Positions 1-9,255 of a stretch of DNA of 64,000 bases are shown in pieces. This DNA comes from an uncultured bacterium. Its GTDB lineage: Bacteria > Omnitrophota > Omnitrophia > Omnitrophales > Aquincolibacteriaceae. Under the pieces are notes generated by a model that had not been told where the DNA came from, did no database searches, and worked only from the letters and a program-made list of their open reading frames with translations. The number at the start of each line of letters is the position of its first letter. Position 1 is the first letter of the stretch. Position numbers and translations under genes: made by a program. The stretch lies in contig CAYSSX010000005.1 in the NCBI GenBank assembly GCA_964434115.1, forward strand, positions 31,063 to 95,062, written 5' to 3'.

Positions 1-12
1 CAAAAAATTGAA

Positions 13-732
13 TCATTTAGATACCCCGTTAGGGATGATGATATTTTTCGGATTGATCGAAAGACGGTATTGCTTCCGCCCGTTCGATTCAATCAAGTCC
101 TTTGGATTTTTCTTCAACAAATATCCTCCCAGCGCACTCCGCAGACGGCTAAACGGCTGATACCCATCTGAGCGAATAATTCCATTAGACTGCAAATCCT
201 GAATATAAACCCAGCCCGCTTCCGTTTGCTTCATTTCATGCGCCAGATGGTAAAGCAATTTGTAAAGAGCATCCGGCAGCATCAGCTTGTCGCCATTGAT
301 GCTGACATTGGGTTCTCCCGGAAGGGCATGAGCGAAGAACGCCATCGTGTCTTTGCACTTGTATTTTTCAACGTGATATTCTACCTCTGCCTCGGCAATC
401 TGGGAGAATGATTTTTTCTCGAAAAAGTCATGGATCGTAACCACATGAGCCCTGGTATTCGGCACCCGGGAATGCTTTAGCACCAGCTTCAAGTCCGCCT
501 TGTCTTGTAGGATCTCCAAGTCTTCCAGGCTATCGCCGTAACTTTTTTGGATCGCCTGAATTATCTTTTCATTGACCCCCAAATTTCTTAACAAGGCAGT
601 ATCCATCACACTGACCTCCTCTTTTAGCCAGGAGATCCGCTTCGGGGTAGCGTCTCTCAAAATGAGAGGGGCTGTTTCCACTGGATCGTTCCACAGGTGT
701 TCATTTATAAATTCGCACGAATGACTCCGCAA
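13..732 (-). CDS. hypothetical protein immediately downstream of lexA, likely co-transcribed; ORF overlaps lexA 3' end, true start may be internal
   Basis: 239-aa ORF co-directional with lexA and overlapping its stop by 28 nt. No recognisable P-loop or catalytic motif. Function unknown. Confidence 0.4.
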   Translation of the reverse strand: MRSHSCEFINEHLWNDPVETAPLILRDATPKRISWLKEEVSVMDTALLRNLGVNEKIIQAIQKSYGDSLEDLEILQDKADLKLVLKHSRVPNTRAHVVTIHDFFEKKSFSQIAEAEVEYHVEKYKCKDTMAFFAHALPGEPNVSINGDKLMLPDALYKLLYHLAHEMKQTEAGWVYIQDLQSNGIIRSDGYQPFSRLRSALGGYLLKKNPKDLIESNGRKQYRLSINPKNIIIPNGVSK

Positions 733-1331
733 ACCTTTCCGACAACCGCAAAGTTCTGATGCGGTTTGACGGTAATCGTTTTAAATGCGTCGTTCTCCGG
801 TTTAAGCTCGATGTGTCCACGGCGCTTGTAAAACCGTTTTACGGTAGCTTCGTCTTCGATCATGCAGACCGCGATTTCTCCGTTATGGCATTCCCTCTGC
901 GGAGCCACAACTACCATGTCGCCATCTAAAATATGCGCATTGACCATACTGTTGCCTTTGACGCGCAATAAAAAGGCATCTTTCGCCTTTGCGAAAGACC
1001 GGTCAACGTGCAAATAACCTTCTCGGTTTTCTTCCGCGAGGATGGGGCTACCCGCTGCTACCTGGCCGATAATGGGTAACCGGATCGTTTCGCAGTTATC
1101 AACCTCGATTCCTGCCTGATCCAGAACCTCGATATCCCTGGCTTTTGGACTTCTTTTGATATAACCCTTTTTCTGTAAGACACTTAGGTAGTCTTGAACC
1201 GTGCCTATGGCCTTAAAATCAAAATGTTCCTGGATCTCCTGAAGGGAAGGAGCCCCGCCCCTTTTGGATTTTGTTTTGATAATAAAGCCCAGCACGTCTT
1301 TTTGATTAGATGTTAATTCGGGTTTCAACAT
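705..1331 (-). CDS. lexA: LexA repressor (SOS regulator, S24 peptidase)
   Basis: N-terminal LexA-type winged helix (SNQKDVLGFI...LQEIQEHF). C-terminal S24 autopeptidase with catalytic Ser in the GNSM motif and a downstream Lys (VKRF). The A-G cleavage site lies in QVAAGSPI. The ORF track starts at a TTG at 1367, but the in-frame ATG at 1331 (MLKPEL) gives the canonical length of about 208 aa. Confidence 0.85.
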   Translation of the reverse strand: MLKPELTSNQKDVLGFIIKTKSKRGGAPSLQEIQEHFDFKAIGTVQDYLSVLQKKGYIKRSPKARDIEVLDQAGIEVDNCETIRLPIIGQVAAGSPILAEENREGYLHVDRSFAKAKDAFLLRVKGNSMVNAHILDGDMVVVAPQRECHNGEIAVCMIEDEATVKRFYKRRGHIELKPENDAFKTITVKPHQNFAVVGKVCGVIRANL

Positions 1332-1341
1332 AAACAGAAAG

Positions 1342-1363
1342 ATACCATAAAAATTTATGGTAT
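1342..1363. promoter_or_regulatory. candidate LexA operator (SOS box): perfect palindrome ATACCATAAA-AA-TTTATGGTAT
   Basis: Two 10-bp perfect inverted arms separated by 2 nt, sitting 11 bp upstream of the proposed lexA ATG. This position is typical for an autoregulatory operator. Confidence 0.45.
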
Positions 1364-1367
1364 TCAA

Positions 1368-2114
1368 TTAATTTTTGCTAAAGTAGCTTTTTCCTCCCTG
1401 CAAGGCCTCCAAAGTCTTGTGATCTCCGATGTCATACCAGTTCCCGAGGATTGGATATGCACGGACAAACATATTTTCCGAAAGCCATTTCACAAAATAT
1501 CCAATCTGATCCATCGGAAGATTTTGCTCTTTGTATTTTGAAATCATTTTTTGGTGTTCAAGTGGGAGATAGTAAAGCCCAATGCTGGCAAGCGTGCTTT
1601 GTGGCTCCTTGGGCTTTTCTTCAAACCACATCACCTTCCCGTGATCACTCACATCCACAATGCCGTATTGCGAAGCAAGTGTTTTGCTGCCGACATTGTG
1701 AACAGCGATCACTGGTTCCCGCTGAAGGCTGCTGAAAAGAACAAAATAGCTGAGGTTGAAATCAAAATAGTTGTCTCCCGCGATGATCAACAAATCATCC
1801 GGTTCGGGATCGGAATCGAGCGCAAAGAAAAGATCCCCAATCGCCCCGCGCCGATCCTTTTCATTTTTTGAACCGTCATTCAGAATTTCAATGAACTGCT
1901 CATAACCATACCAGGCCCGCCACTGCAAAAAATCCTCGTAGAACTTGTCATTGGTAACAATTTGGATTTTGAAGACCGATGGCAGCGTCACAAGCTGATC
2001 AACGAGGTGTTCAACAATGGGCTTCCCTTTGACCTCCAGAAGAGGTTTTGCCTTGTGGAGCGTCAGAGGATAGAGACGGGTGGCGTAGCCTGCGCAAAGA
2101 ATGATGACCTTCAT
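1368..2114 (-). CDS. sugar-phosphate nucleotidyltransferase (NDP-sugar pyrophosphorylase family)
   Basis: N-terminal ILCAGYATRLYPLT signature of the NTP_transferase fold. About 248 aa. Confidence 0.7.
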   Translation of the reverse strand: MKVIILCAGYATRLYPLTLHKAKPLLEVKGKPIVEHLVDQLVTLPSVFKIQIVTNDKFYEDFLQWRAWYGYEQFIEILNDGSKNEKDRRGAIGDLFFALDSDPEPDDLLIIAGDNYFDFNLSYFVLFSSLQREPVIAVHNVGSKTLASQYGIVDVSDHGKVMWFEEKPKEPQSTLASIGLYYLPLEHQKMISKYKEQNLPMDQIGYFVKWLSENMFVRAYPILGNWYDIGDHKTLEALQGGKSYFSKN

Positions 2115-2139
2115 GGTGCCTCCTGTGTGGGATGTGGGA

Positions 2140-3123
2140 TTAAAAAAGAATTCGAGTTACGATTTTCTGAAGGAGATTGCGTTTCTTGCCCGAATGAATC
2201 ACTGCGTAGGCCTTCATGCCGGGAGTGAGTGAAACATCACCCTGGATTTCCAAAGTGATTCTGACCACATTCTTTTTCAGCCAGATTCGCTCCACCTCTT
2301 CTTCGACTTTGGAATCCATTTTTAAAACGCGGGCTTTATAGGTTTTAAGCGGGCTGGAGTAAAACCTGATTCTGGCACCGGCTCCCGGCCAAACATGAGC
2401 CGCCTGATCTTCAGTGACCAGAATCTCGACGCTCAAATCCTTACTGGCGAGCTTGATCAGCTCCGCCCCTTCGAGAAGCATTTTTCCGAGCTTGTCCTTC
2501 AAGCCGGACAAGATGAATCCATCTGCCGGAGCGGTGATCAAATTTTTCGCCCGAAGGTTTTTAAGGTAATCGATTTTTGACGAGACCTTTTCCTTTTCTT
2601 TCAGAAGAATCGCCAGATGCTGTTGCGCAAGCGTCAGTTTTTCTTCCGCCTCATTCTTTTCAGAAAGAGCGATGCTCCCGACCTCATAATAAAGTCTGCT
2701 TTTTTCCGCTTTGGCCGTCTGAGCTTTCAACTCGGCCTCTGCACCCAAAATTTTCGTGGAAACAATTTCCTGTTCTTTTTCAAATTGCTCCAGCTCAGAA
2801 GAAAGTTTTTCGCTTTTGATTTTTAAAATGGCGTCACCTGCTTTAACCGCCATGCCTTCCGATGAGTAAATCTCCTCGATCTTGCTTTCAAAAGGCGCGT
2901 CCACGGCGTATACAACTGCCGGGACAGTCTTCCCGGACGCCTTAACCGTCACGCTCATAGGAAAGAAAAGAACCAAAAATGATGCGCCGACAAAAAGTCC
3001 GTTCAGAGTCCAAACCTTCCGGCAGGACATTTTTTTGATTTCTTTTTCAGTGAAAAGATTGGGCGGGACACTCGGTCTGCCGTAATGCGCTTTGGGTTTC
3101 TGCTTTTGATCTGTATTTTGCAT
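2140..3123 (-). CDS. HlyD-family membrane fusion / periplasmic adaptor protein
   Basis: One N-terminal transmembrane segment, a long coiled-coil, and an ITAPADGFI beta-strand motif typical of HlyD-type membrane fusion proteins. Confidence 0.7.
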   Translation of the reverse strand: MQNTDQKQKPKAHYGRPSVPPNLFTEKEIKKMSCRKVWTLNGLFVGASFLVLFFPMSVTVKASGKTVPAVVYAVDAPFESKIEEIYSSEGMAVKAGDAILKIKSEKLSSELEQFEKEQEIVSTKILGAEAELKAQTAKAEKSRLYYEVGSIALSEKNEAEEKLTLAQQHLAILLKEKEKVSSKIDYLKNLRAKNLITAPADGFILSGLKDKLGKMLLEGAELIKLASKDLSVEILVTEDQAAHVWPGAGARIRFYSSPLKTYKARVLKMDSKVEEEVERIWLKKNVVRITLEIQGDVSLTPGMKAYAVIHSGKKRNLLQKIVTRILF

Positions 3124-3132
3124 TGAATCCTC

Positions 3133-4680
3133 CTAGATGAGCCAAGACTTGCCAGCGGGTTTTGCCGTCCAATAAACGACCGGGATTGACAGTGTGAAAC
3201 TTAAAAGCAGCGGGAACGAGAGAAGAAGCCATTCATTTGAAAGTTTAAGCCCATAGAAAATCCCGATGATTCCAAGCGCTGTTGTCGGCCAGAGGTTTTC
3301 AGCTACCTGCCTGAAAGTAACCGTGCTAAACGGATCTTTTTTCATAGGTTTCCAGACAAGCCCCTCGAACGGCAGCGACAAAATATCAACCGTCTGGTAA
3401 TAGACGTTATTAAGGGAAATCAGCGTTGAGAACACCAGCTCGATCAGAATGTCTTTCAATTTGAACCGTTTCAGCAGGACAAACTTGTGCCCGTAAATCG
3501 CCAGCATGGTCAGGATCAATCCAATGAGAAGTTCCTGCCGCATATAAGGCGACAAGAATAAAGTGTTATTGGATTTGAAAATCAAGTGATGCGTAGCGCG
3601 GATGTCCGCAAGAAATGCGTTCAGCACCAGCCACAGACCAAGCACAAGATGAGAAATGTAAACGTAGATTCCGTAGAAAACAAAAAGCCGTGTCTCAGGA
3701 GAAACCCCGCGTTTAAATATCAAAGGCCATGACTGAAGCGTGCCCTTGGCCCATCTCTTATCCCGGGCCCGCGCCTCAAGATAATTTGCCGGTGCTTCGT
3801 CCCAGGTTTTTACGTCATGGCAAAAAGCAATCCGCTTGCCCATTACATCAAGGTAAGTCGTATCCCAAATGTCATGGCTCATAATGCCCTTGGGAATTTT
3901 GACGCGAATGAAGTCTTTGGAGCGGATCAGGCAGAGATGCCCAAAAGAAATCTGCCGTCCGAAGAGTTCTTGAAGCGTCTTGAAATAAAGCTCTTGGGAA
4001 AGTCTCGCGCCAATAGATTGAATCTTGGCGAAGCGAGTCTTGGCATGTGTGATTTTGATAAACGTCTGAAAAAGAGAAATATCCCGATTTTCAGGATGCT
4101 CGGCTTTTTTAAGAAGTTTCAGCAATGTCCCTTTCGGAGCCATGCTGTCCGCGTCACAAACCATGAAGTATTTGTAATAGAGATGTTCGACCAGCCAGCT
4201 TAGGACGTTTCCTTGCTTGCGTTCGGTAGGTTTAGGCCGGTTGCGATAAAAAACTCGCTCTGAACCAAACTTACTTCGCAAGTCGGCGACAAGCTTCTGT
4301 TCCATTTCCAAAAAATCTTTGTCCGTATCGCTCAGTATCCACAGATCCACGCCGGGCAGATTATTGTTCCCGAATGTGTAGGAGATTCTTTCGAACATTC
4401 CGACCGTCTCATTTTTGAGCGGATAAATGATGGCGGTCTTTGGAATATACGGGACATAGGTTTCCTTAAGCGGCTTCGGATCAAGGATCAGATAAAAAGC
4501 ACTGGCCAGAAACATATAGATCACGTTGAAGATCAAAAACGAGAATCCTGTCAGCCATAACCACGCAACCCAGGAGCTGCTTAGCTGGAAGGCAATCGCA
4601 TCAAAGGCCGTGTAAACAGCGATGGCCCAAATTCCAAAAAGCAGGCCGAAATAAATCCTCCGAAGAAAAGGTTTATTCAT
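3133..4680 (-). CDS. processive family-2 glycosyltransferase, OpgH/MdoH-like glucan synthase
   Basis: Transmembrane helices flank a GT-A catalytic core. Motifs YRNRPKPTERKQGNV (R..N..KAGN-like), CDADS (the DxD motif), SHD, and ARDKRWAKGTLQ (the Q/RxxRW processivity motif). Shorter than E. coli OpgH, which is about 850 aa. Confidence 0.7.
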   Translation of the reverse strand: MNKPFLRRIYFGLLFGIWAIAVYTAFDAIAFQLSSSWVAWLWLTGFSFLIFNVIYMFLASAFYLILDPKPLKETYVPYIPKTAIIYPLKNETVGMFERISYTFGNNNLPGVDLWILSDTDKDFLEMEQKLVADLRSKFGSERVFYRNRPKPTERKQGNVLSWLVEHLYYKYFMVCDADSMAPKGTLLKLLKKAEHPENRDISLFQTFIKITHAKTRFAKIQSIGARLSQELYFKTLQELFGRQISFGHLCLIRSKDFIRVKIPKGIMSHDIWDTTYLDVMGKRIAFCHDVKTWDEAPANYLEARARDKRWAKGTLQSWPLIFKRGVSPETRLFVFYGIYVYISHLVLGLWLVLNAFLADIRATHHLIFKSNNTLFLSPYMRQELLIGLILTMLAIYGHKFVLLKRFKLKDILIELVFSTLISLNNVYYQTVDILSLPFEGLVWKPMKKDPFSTVTFRQVAENLWPTTALGIIGIFYGLKLSNEWLLLSFPLLLSFTLSIPVVYWTAKPAGKSWLI

Positions 4681-6109
4681 TGCCGGTCTCCGCCCCTACC
4701 GACTCGGCAAGACGCTGGGTTTCCGCCTGAATAATCCAGTAATCGCAGACCGCTTTTGCAACCTCCGTCTGGGCTTGAAGCAGCTGAATCTTTGCTTCGT
4801 TTATGGCGAGGTCTGAAACATCGCCCTGCATGTGCTTTGCCTTGGCGTTTTTAAAGTTTTCTTCCGCCATCTTCAGCGTCTGCTGTGAAATGGAGATCGT
4901 CTTCGCTCTTACAGAGAGCGCGTTGAAGGATTTTTTAAGTTCAAGCTTCGCGGTTTTAATTTCGGAGTCCTTCTTAAGCTGTTGCTCAGTCAAAATGGAG
5001 CGTTTTTCCCGGATGTCATTTGAAGTCTGGCTAAAATCCCAGACATTGAACTGCACCATGACACCGGCCTCCAGAGCATTTTTCTCATAAAAAGACTCTT
5101 CTTCCCGACGATAGCGGGAGACCAGAAAAGCTTTGGGCCAGCGGCGGGATTTTGCGATTCTCAAATCCTGTTCGGCGGCGGCTATTTCACGATCCAACTT
5201 CCTGACAAGAGGATGATTTTGGATCTCGCTTGATGAGAGGTTCGTTTCAGGCAGGGCTTCAGGCAGATCCTCCAAAACATAAGAAGGCTGAGAATCAATG
5301 CCGGTGATTTGAATCAAGAAATCATAGAGATACTGAAGATGCTGCTCTTTCTCGATAAGAGCCTTTTCCTTTTCCGCCGCATCAGCCACTCTCTTCAGCA
5401 AGATAGACTGCGTCTGGTAATCTTTCTCCGTGAGTTTTTGCTCAACATCTCTGAGCTTTTTGGCATGAATCAATTCTTCTTCGAGGAGTTTTACTTCAAC
5501 TTCCGCCTTCTTGATTTCAAAGAACACCCGCTTTACGGCATAAACAACGTCCGTCCTCTTCAAATCGCTCTCGCTTGAAGCGATCCCTTCCTGCGCTTCC
5601 GACTTCCTTTTGCGAGCCAGCAGTTCACCGCCAAGAAACAAGGGCTGCATAGCCTTCACATCAAACGTAAACACCGGTTGATCTGTTGAAAGAGCACCAT
5701 AAGCAGAGCTTGAAAGCGATGGAAGCATGGCTCCCTTTGCGAAATTCTTTTTGAATCTCGACTGATCAATATGCAGCGCTGAAATTTTTAAAGACGAGTT
5801 GTGTTCAAGAGCCGATTCAACGCATTTGTCCAGGGTGAGAATGGCCACGGTTTCTGCGCTGGCTTGAGAGGCAAGCATCATCAGGAGGGTAAATATGCAG
5901 GCGAGTTTACGAACGCGGGGAGATTTACGGATGGGCTTGATGATAATTTCGAACGGATTGTCCGTATTCTGGTTAAGCCGCTCAAAGAACTTGTTCACAT
6001 TCCTGCAATTCGGAAAATTCATCAGAAAGAATCCTGAATGCAGAAGATTCATCATCCATTGCTTGTTGCTGTCTCCGCCCCAGACCATATTGACCTTGAA
6101 TTTCCGCAT
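4673..6109 (-). CDS. TolC-like outer membrane efflux factor
   Basis: Strong signal peptide (KSPRVRKLACIFTLLMMLASQASA) followed by a coiled-coil-rich TolC-like body. The annotated ORF begins about 60 codons upstream of the signal peptide, so the true start is probably internal and non-ATG. Confidence 0.65.
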   Translation of the reverse strand: MRKFKVNMVWGGDSNKQWMMNLLHSGFFLMNFPNCRNVNKFFERLNQNTDNPFEIIIKPIRKSPRVRKLACIFTLLMMLASQASAETVAILTLDKCVESALEHNSSLKISALHIDQSRFKKNFAKGAMLPSLSSSAYGALSTDQPVFTFDVKAMQPLFLGGELLARKRKSEAQEGIASSESDLKRTDVVYAVKRVFFEIKKAEVEVKLLEEELIHAKKLRDVEQKLTEKDYQTQSILLKRVADAAEKEKALIEKEQHLQYLYDFLIQITGIDSQPSYVLEDLPEALPETNLSSSEIQNHPLVRKLDREIAAAEQDLRIAKSRRWPKAFLVSRYRREEESFYEKNALEAGVMVQFNVWDFSQTSNDIREKRSILTEQQLKKDSEIKTAKLELKKSFNALSVRAKTISISQQTLKMAEENFKNAKAKHMQGDVSDLAINEAKIQLLQAQTEVAKAVCDYWIIQAETQRLAESVGAETGNE

Positions 6110-6136
6110 AGCTGCCTCCGTATTTTTTCATGTTCG

Positions 6137-6718
6137 TTAGCAGCTCTGGGCTGTCGCGGTAATTTCATCTATCAGCAGAACCCCTTCTTTTGGAACGCTG
6201 AAAACATCATCAAAAGAAAGCGTTATTTCCCGAATATCTGACCAGTCCCGGATTCTGTTGAATCGCTTGATGGGGATTTCAAACCGCTTCCAGCTTTTTC
6301 CGATTCCAGACAGAATGTAAGAGGATCGGCGGCGTTGTCCGTCCGTGATCTGAAGAGTGACATTTTTAGACCCGCCTGCCAGCGGGTCCGCCTTGATGAA
6401 GAACTGAAGAGTCTGAAATGACGAAAAATCTTTTTGATCCGGTAAAAACCAAAAGTCCACGCGAGCAGATTCAGCAGAATCGACATCATAAATCAACATG
6501 AGGGAACGCCCATGCTGTTGGCTCAATGCGTCATCCTGTGAAAGTTCTGCACGGATGTCTTGCCCGTCATCCATGACATTTTTAACTGAAACTCCCGACC
6601 GCCCTGAAAGCGGCTGGTCAAAGTTCTCGATAACGACCTCTTTGACACAGGAATTGCTTGCGAATGCTTCTCCGAATCCAAAGACAAGCCAAAAGCCCAA
6701 CAAAAAAACACACACCAT
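6137..6718 (-). CDS. secreted beta-sandwich protein (CBM11/CIA30-like guess)
   Basis: Signal peptide with a Cys close to the cleavage region, and a size of 193 aa consistent with a single beta-sandwich. Last gene of the glycan module. The fold call is weak. Confidence 0.35.
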   Translation of the reverse strand: MVCVFLLGFWLVFGFGEAFASNSCVKEVVIENFDQPLSGRSGVSVKNVMDDGQDIRAELSQDDALSQQHGRSLMLIYDVDSAESARVDFWFLPDQKDFSSFQTLQFFIKADPLAGGSKNVTLQITDGQRRRSSYILSGIGKSWKRFEIPIKRFNRIRDWSDIREITLSFDDVFSVPKEGVLLIDEITATAQSC

Positions 6719-6767
6719 GCGCGGGTTATCCTGTTTGGAGGATTAAAGCTTCTGGAGCTTTGAGGGA

Positions 6768-7661
6768 TTAAACGTTATCCAGCAAAAGAATGAGAATCGG
6801 CGTATAGGCTTCCACGCTGATAGACTTCTCAATCTTAACTCGATTCAATGCTTCTTGCGCATCGTCCGCGAGATTACGGGATGCGTTCAAACGCAGTTCG
6901 TCTTCCAGCGAAATGGGCCCGCTGCGCCGGGTTCCTAAGACAAGAGAAGCGCCTGATAAAAGCATCTCTCCGCTGGCTTTTAAGATAGATCTGTCGTATT
7001 GCTTATCCACCTTTCCTTTGACTCCGCCCGAACCGTCCAGGCTTAAAGCCATTGCCCGAATTCGGGATTCTTTGCCGTCCGGCATGACCATCACAGAGAA
7101 TTTGATATTCACTCGGTCTCTGCTTTGGACAATCCCGGCTTCACCAATGAACTGCGTTCCTTTGGGAATAACGGTTATTCCATCCCGGACAAAATCTTCA
7201 TCGGTTACAGCAATTACAGGACTGGTTACGTTAAAAGAAAATATGGCGTTGGCTAGGTGTGCTTTGATTTTCACACCGGTTGGAACCCCCAGCTCTCGGC
7301 TTTTCTTCGTATTCGCCTTGGCGCTATCTTCTTTTTCTTCTTCTTTCACATACACAGCAATTTCTGCGTTCAGCTTTCTTTTCGGTGCCTGTGTTTTCAG
7401 ATCATGCTTCACGATTTCCTGTTTTCCGACTTCCAGCAGCTGCTCTTTAATGATGCTCTCGATCTCCGCCTTCGAATACACCCCTTTTGACTCTGCGGCC
7501 TGTGTCTTTACAACACTTTCTTTTCTTCTAGCCGCGTTATCAAGACTGACAAAAAGAAAGGCCAGCAAACAAAAAAGCGCCGCCCCGGCCAGAAAGATTT
7601 TTTTATTCTTGCCCGGCAACGGCTCTTTCTTTTGGAAGAAAGCTTTCGGTTCTTCGCTCAT
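6768..7661 (-). CDS. trbI: conjugal transfer protein TrbI/VirB10
   Basis: One N-terminal transmembrane segment, a Lys/Glu-rich linker, and a C-terminal TrbI domain (GITVIPKGTQFIGEAG...MPDGKESRIRA...LDGSGGVKGKVDKQYD). Confidence 0.7.
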   Translation of the reverse strand: MSEEPKAFFQKKEPLPGKNKKIFLAGAALFCLLAFLFVSLDNAARRKESVVKTQAAESKGVYSKAEIESIIKEQLLEVGKQEIVKHDLKTQAPKRKLNAEIAVYVKEEEKEDSAKANTKKSRELGVPTGVKIKAHLANAIFSFNVTSPVIAVTDEDFVRDGITVIPKGTQFIGEAGIVQSRDRVNIKFSVMVMPDGKESRIRAMALSLDGSGGVKGKVDKQYDRSILKASGEMLLSGASLVLGTRRSGPISLEDELRLNASRNLADDAQEALNRVKIEKSISVEAYTPILILLLDNV

Positions 7662-7663
7662 GA

Positions 7664-8608
7664 TTACTGCGCCTCCACGGGAATATCCTTGAGGATCAAG
7701 GAGCGGTTATTTCCTTTTTCATAGACCTTAATGACAAAGCGCTCATTTTTCTTGAGATACTGCTTTTCAAAGCTGATCAGCCCGTAATGGTAGCTGTTCT
7801 TTAAGAACCTGCTGTCCGCGTTGACCGAAATATCCACCGGCACAAAGCTTTCTTGCCGCATGGCAAGGCCGCTGCGCCGCAACGTCTCTTTTCCGGCCAC
7901 AACCCTCTCAAGCTCATAATCCTTGTCCGAATAATTCAGGACGCTAAACCGCAAGTAACTGACCCCGCCGATTTCTGTCAAAGAAAGCAGGTTCACCTGG
8001 ATGCCATTATCTTTCTCAGAGATTTTGAGACGTTTTGTTAAAGCGCCTTTCTTGATTTCCTCTTCAAATTTTTCATGTGTGAGTTTCTTAACCGTTTCCG
8101 TCTGCTTTTCTTCCTTTTCCTGAAATTGTTCCTGGAGCTCGGATTTCTTTGCTTCAAGTTTCGCTTTGAATTCGTTCTGCACCATTGCCTCATCACTCGG
8201 GAACCGGAAGTCCAAAACAAAGTCCGCCGTTTCGGGAGATCCGACCGTCACATCAAAGCTCAAGCGGCTCGATTGCGTGTAGATCGTGAGATTGCTTCGG
8301 GCATCCGTGTAGTCCGTCGCGGGTTTGATAACGACTTGAGATCCGTAGACTTCCACCTTGAAAAGTTCCGCATCACCGATAAAGACTTTTAGCGCCTCTT
8401 CGGGCAGATCAATAGTTGTGATGTAACCAATAGCGGTTTGAAGACGATAGGCCACGCCCGTCTTGGTTGTGAGCTTGTAGATATTGGCCGTAGTCCGGGC
8501 CAGCTTGTTTTGCTTCTGCCGTTCGATCATGGCCGCATTTTCTTCAGCCTGGGCAGAGCCCGCTTGAACGCAAAAAATAAGAAGCGCAAGTATCCATTGA
8601 AGAACCAT
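7664..8608 (-). CDS. trbG: conjugal transfer protein TrbG/VirB9-like
   Basis: Signal peptide, about 300 aa, and a position between the VirB8-like and VirB10-like genes. Confidence 0.55.
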   Translation of the reverse strand: MVLQWILALLIFCVQAGSAQAEENAAMIERQKQNKLARTTANIYKLTTKTGVAYRLQTAIGYITTIDLPEEALKVFIGDAELFKVEVYGSQVVIKPATDYTDARSNLTIYTQSSRLSFDVTVGSPETADFVLDFRFPSDEAMVQNEFKAKLEAKKSELQEQFQEKEEKQTETVKKLTHEKFEEEIKKGALTKRLKISEKDNGIQVNLLSLTEIGGVSYLRFSVLNYSDKDYELERVVAGKETLRRSGLAMRQESFVPVDISVNADSRFLKNSYHYGLISFEKQYLKKNERFVIKVYEKGNNRSLILKDIPVEAQ

Positions 8609-8619
8609 AAGGAGACCTC

Positions 8620-9249
8620 CTATTTATCAATCTGTTTGACCAGAACTTCCCGGTATTCATCTACGAGAAGTCCGTGAGGGTTTGCCATCGTGCGGGGAAC
8701 CTTTTTTAGAATGACATCGCCTTTGAATAGGCTTTCCTCTTTGAAGTCCCGGTTTTGATAACTCGAAATTGTCCGCAGTCCCAAGAGGGACAGCACCGCG
8801 TAACTCTCATCCTCCCGCTCGACCTTGATCTCCCGGATTTCAACATTGGTGTTGATGGAGGCCTGACTGATTTTTGAGATCAGATTGGAATCAATGACCT
8901 CTCGCTTTGCCACTTTCTGAAAGTTCGCTGTCATTAAGCCGAAGGATTCAGGAATTTCTGATGAAACCGTGTAGGAGTTGTAGCCCGTAAACTTTTTCAC
9001 AAAGAATTTTGCAAAAAAGAAAAGCTCCGGCTGCGTGACCGCATTGTTGATGCGGTAATCGGGAACAGGTTCCGCGTTGCCAATGTCGGAAACCCGGATA
9101 ACCACCGGCGGCCTCAAGCTGCTTAGGTAAATAAAGCAAAGTGAAACCGCCAGAAGAGAGAAGCAGGCAATCAGAAGAGTTTTAAGGGTATTATTTTGCG
9201 CTTCGAGATCGCCCCAGACTTCAAAGTATTTGCGTTTGATATTTTCCAT
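8620..9249 (-). CDS. trbF: conjugal transfer protein TrbF/VirB8-like
   Basis: A single N-terminal transmembrane segment followed by a periplasmic domain of about 150 aa. Size and position are typical for VirB8. Confidence 0.5.
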   Translation of the reverse strand: MENIKRKYFEVWGDLEAQNNTLKTLLIACFSLLAVSLCFIYLSSLRPPVVIRVSDIGNAEPVPDYRINNAVTQPELFFFAKFFVKKFTGYNSYTVSSEIPESFGLMTANFQKVAKREVIDSNLISKISQASINTNVEIREIKVEREDESYAVLSLLGLRTISSYQNRDFKEESLFKGDVILKKVPRTMANPHGLLVDEYREVLVKQIDK

Positions 9250-9255
9250 GTTTCC

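Noticed and set aside
13-732. Possibility that the lexA-adjacent 239-aa gene is ImuA of a lexA-imuA-imuB-dnaE2 mutagenesis cassette
   Set aside because: No RecA/SulA-like P-loop or other ImuA hallmarks are visible, and the downstream genes lie outside the window. It is left as hypothetical.
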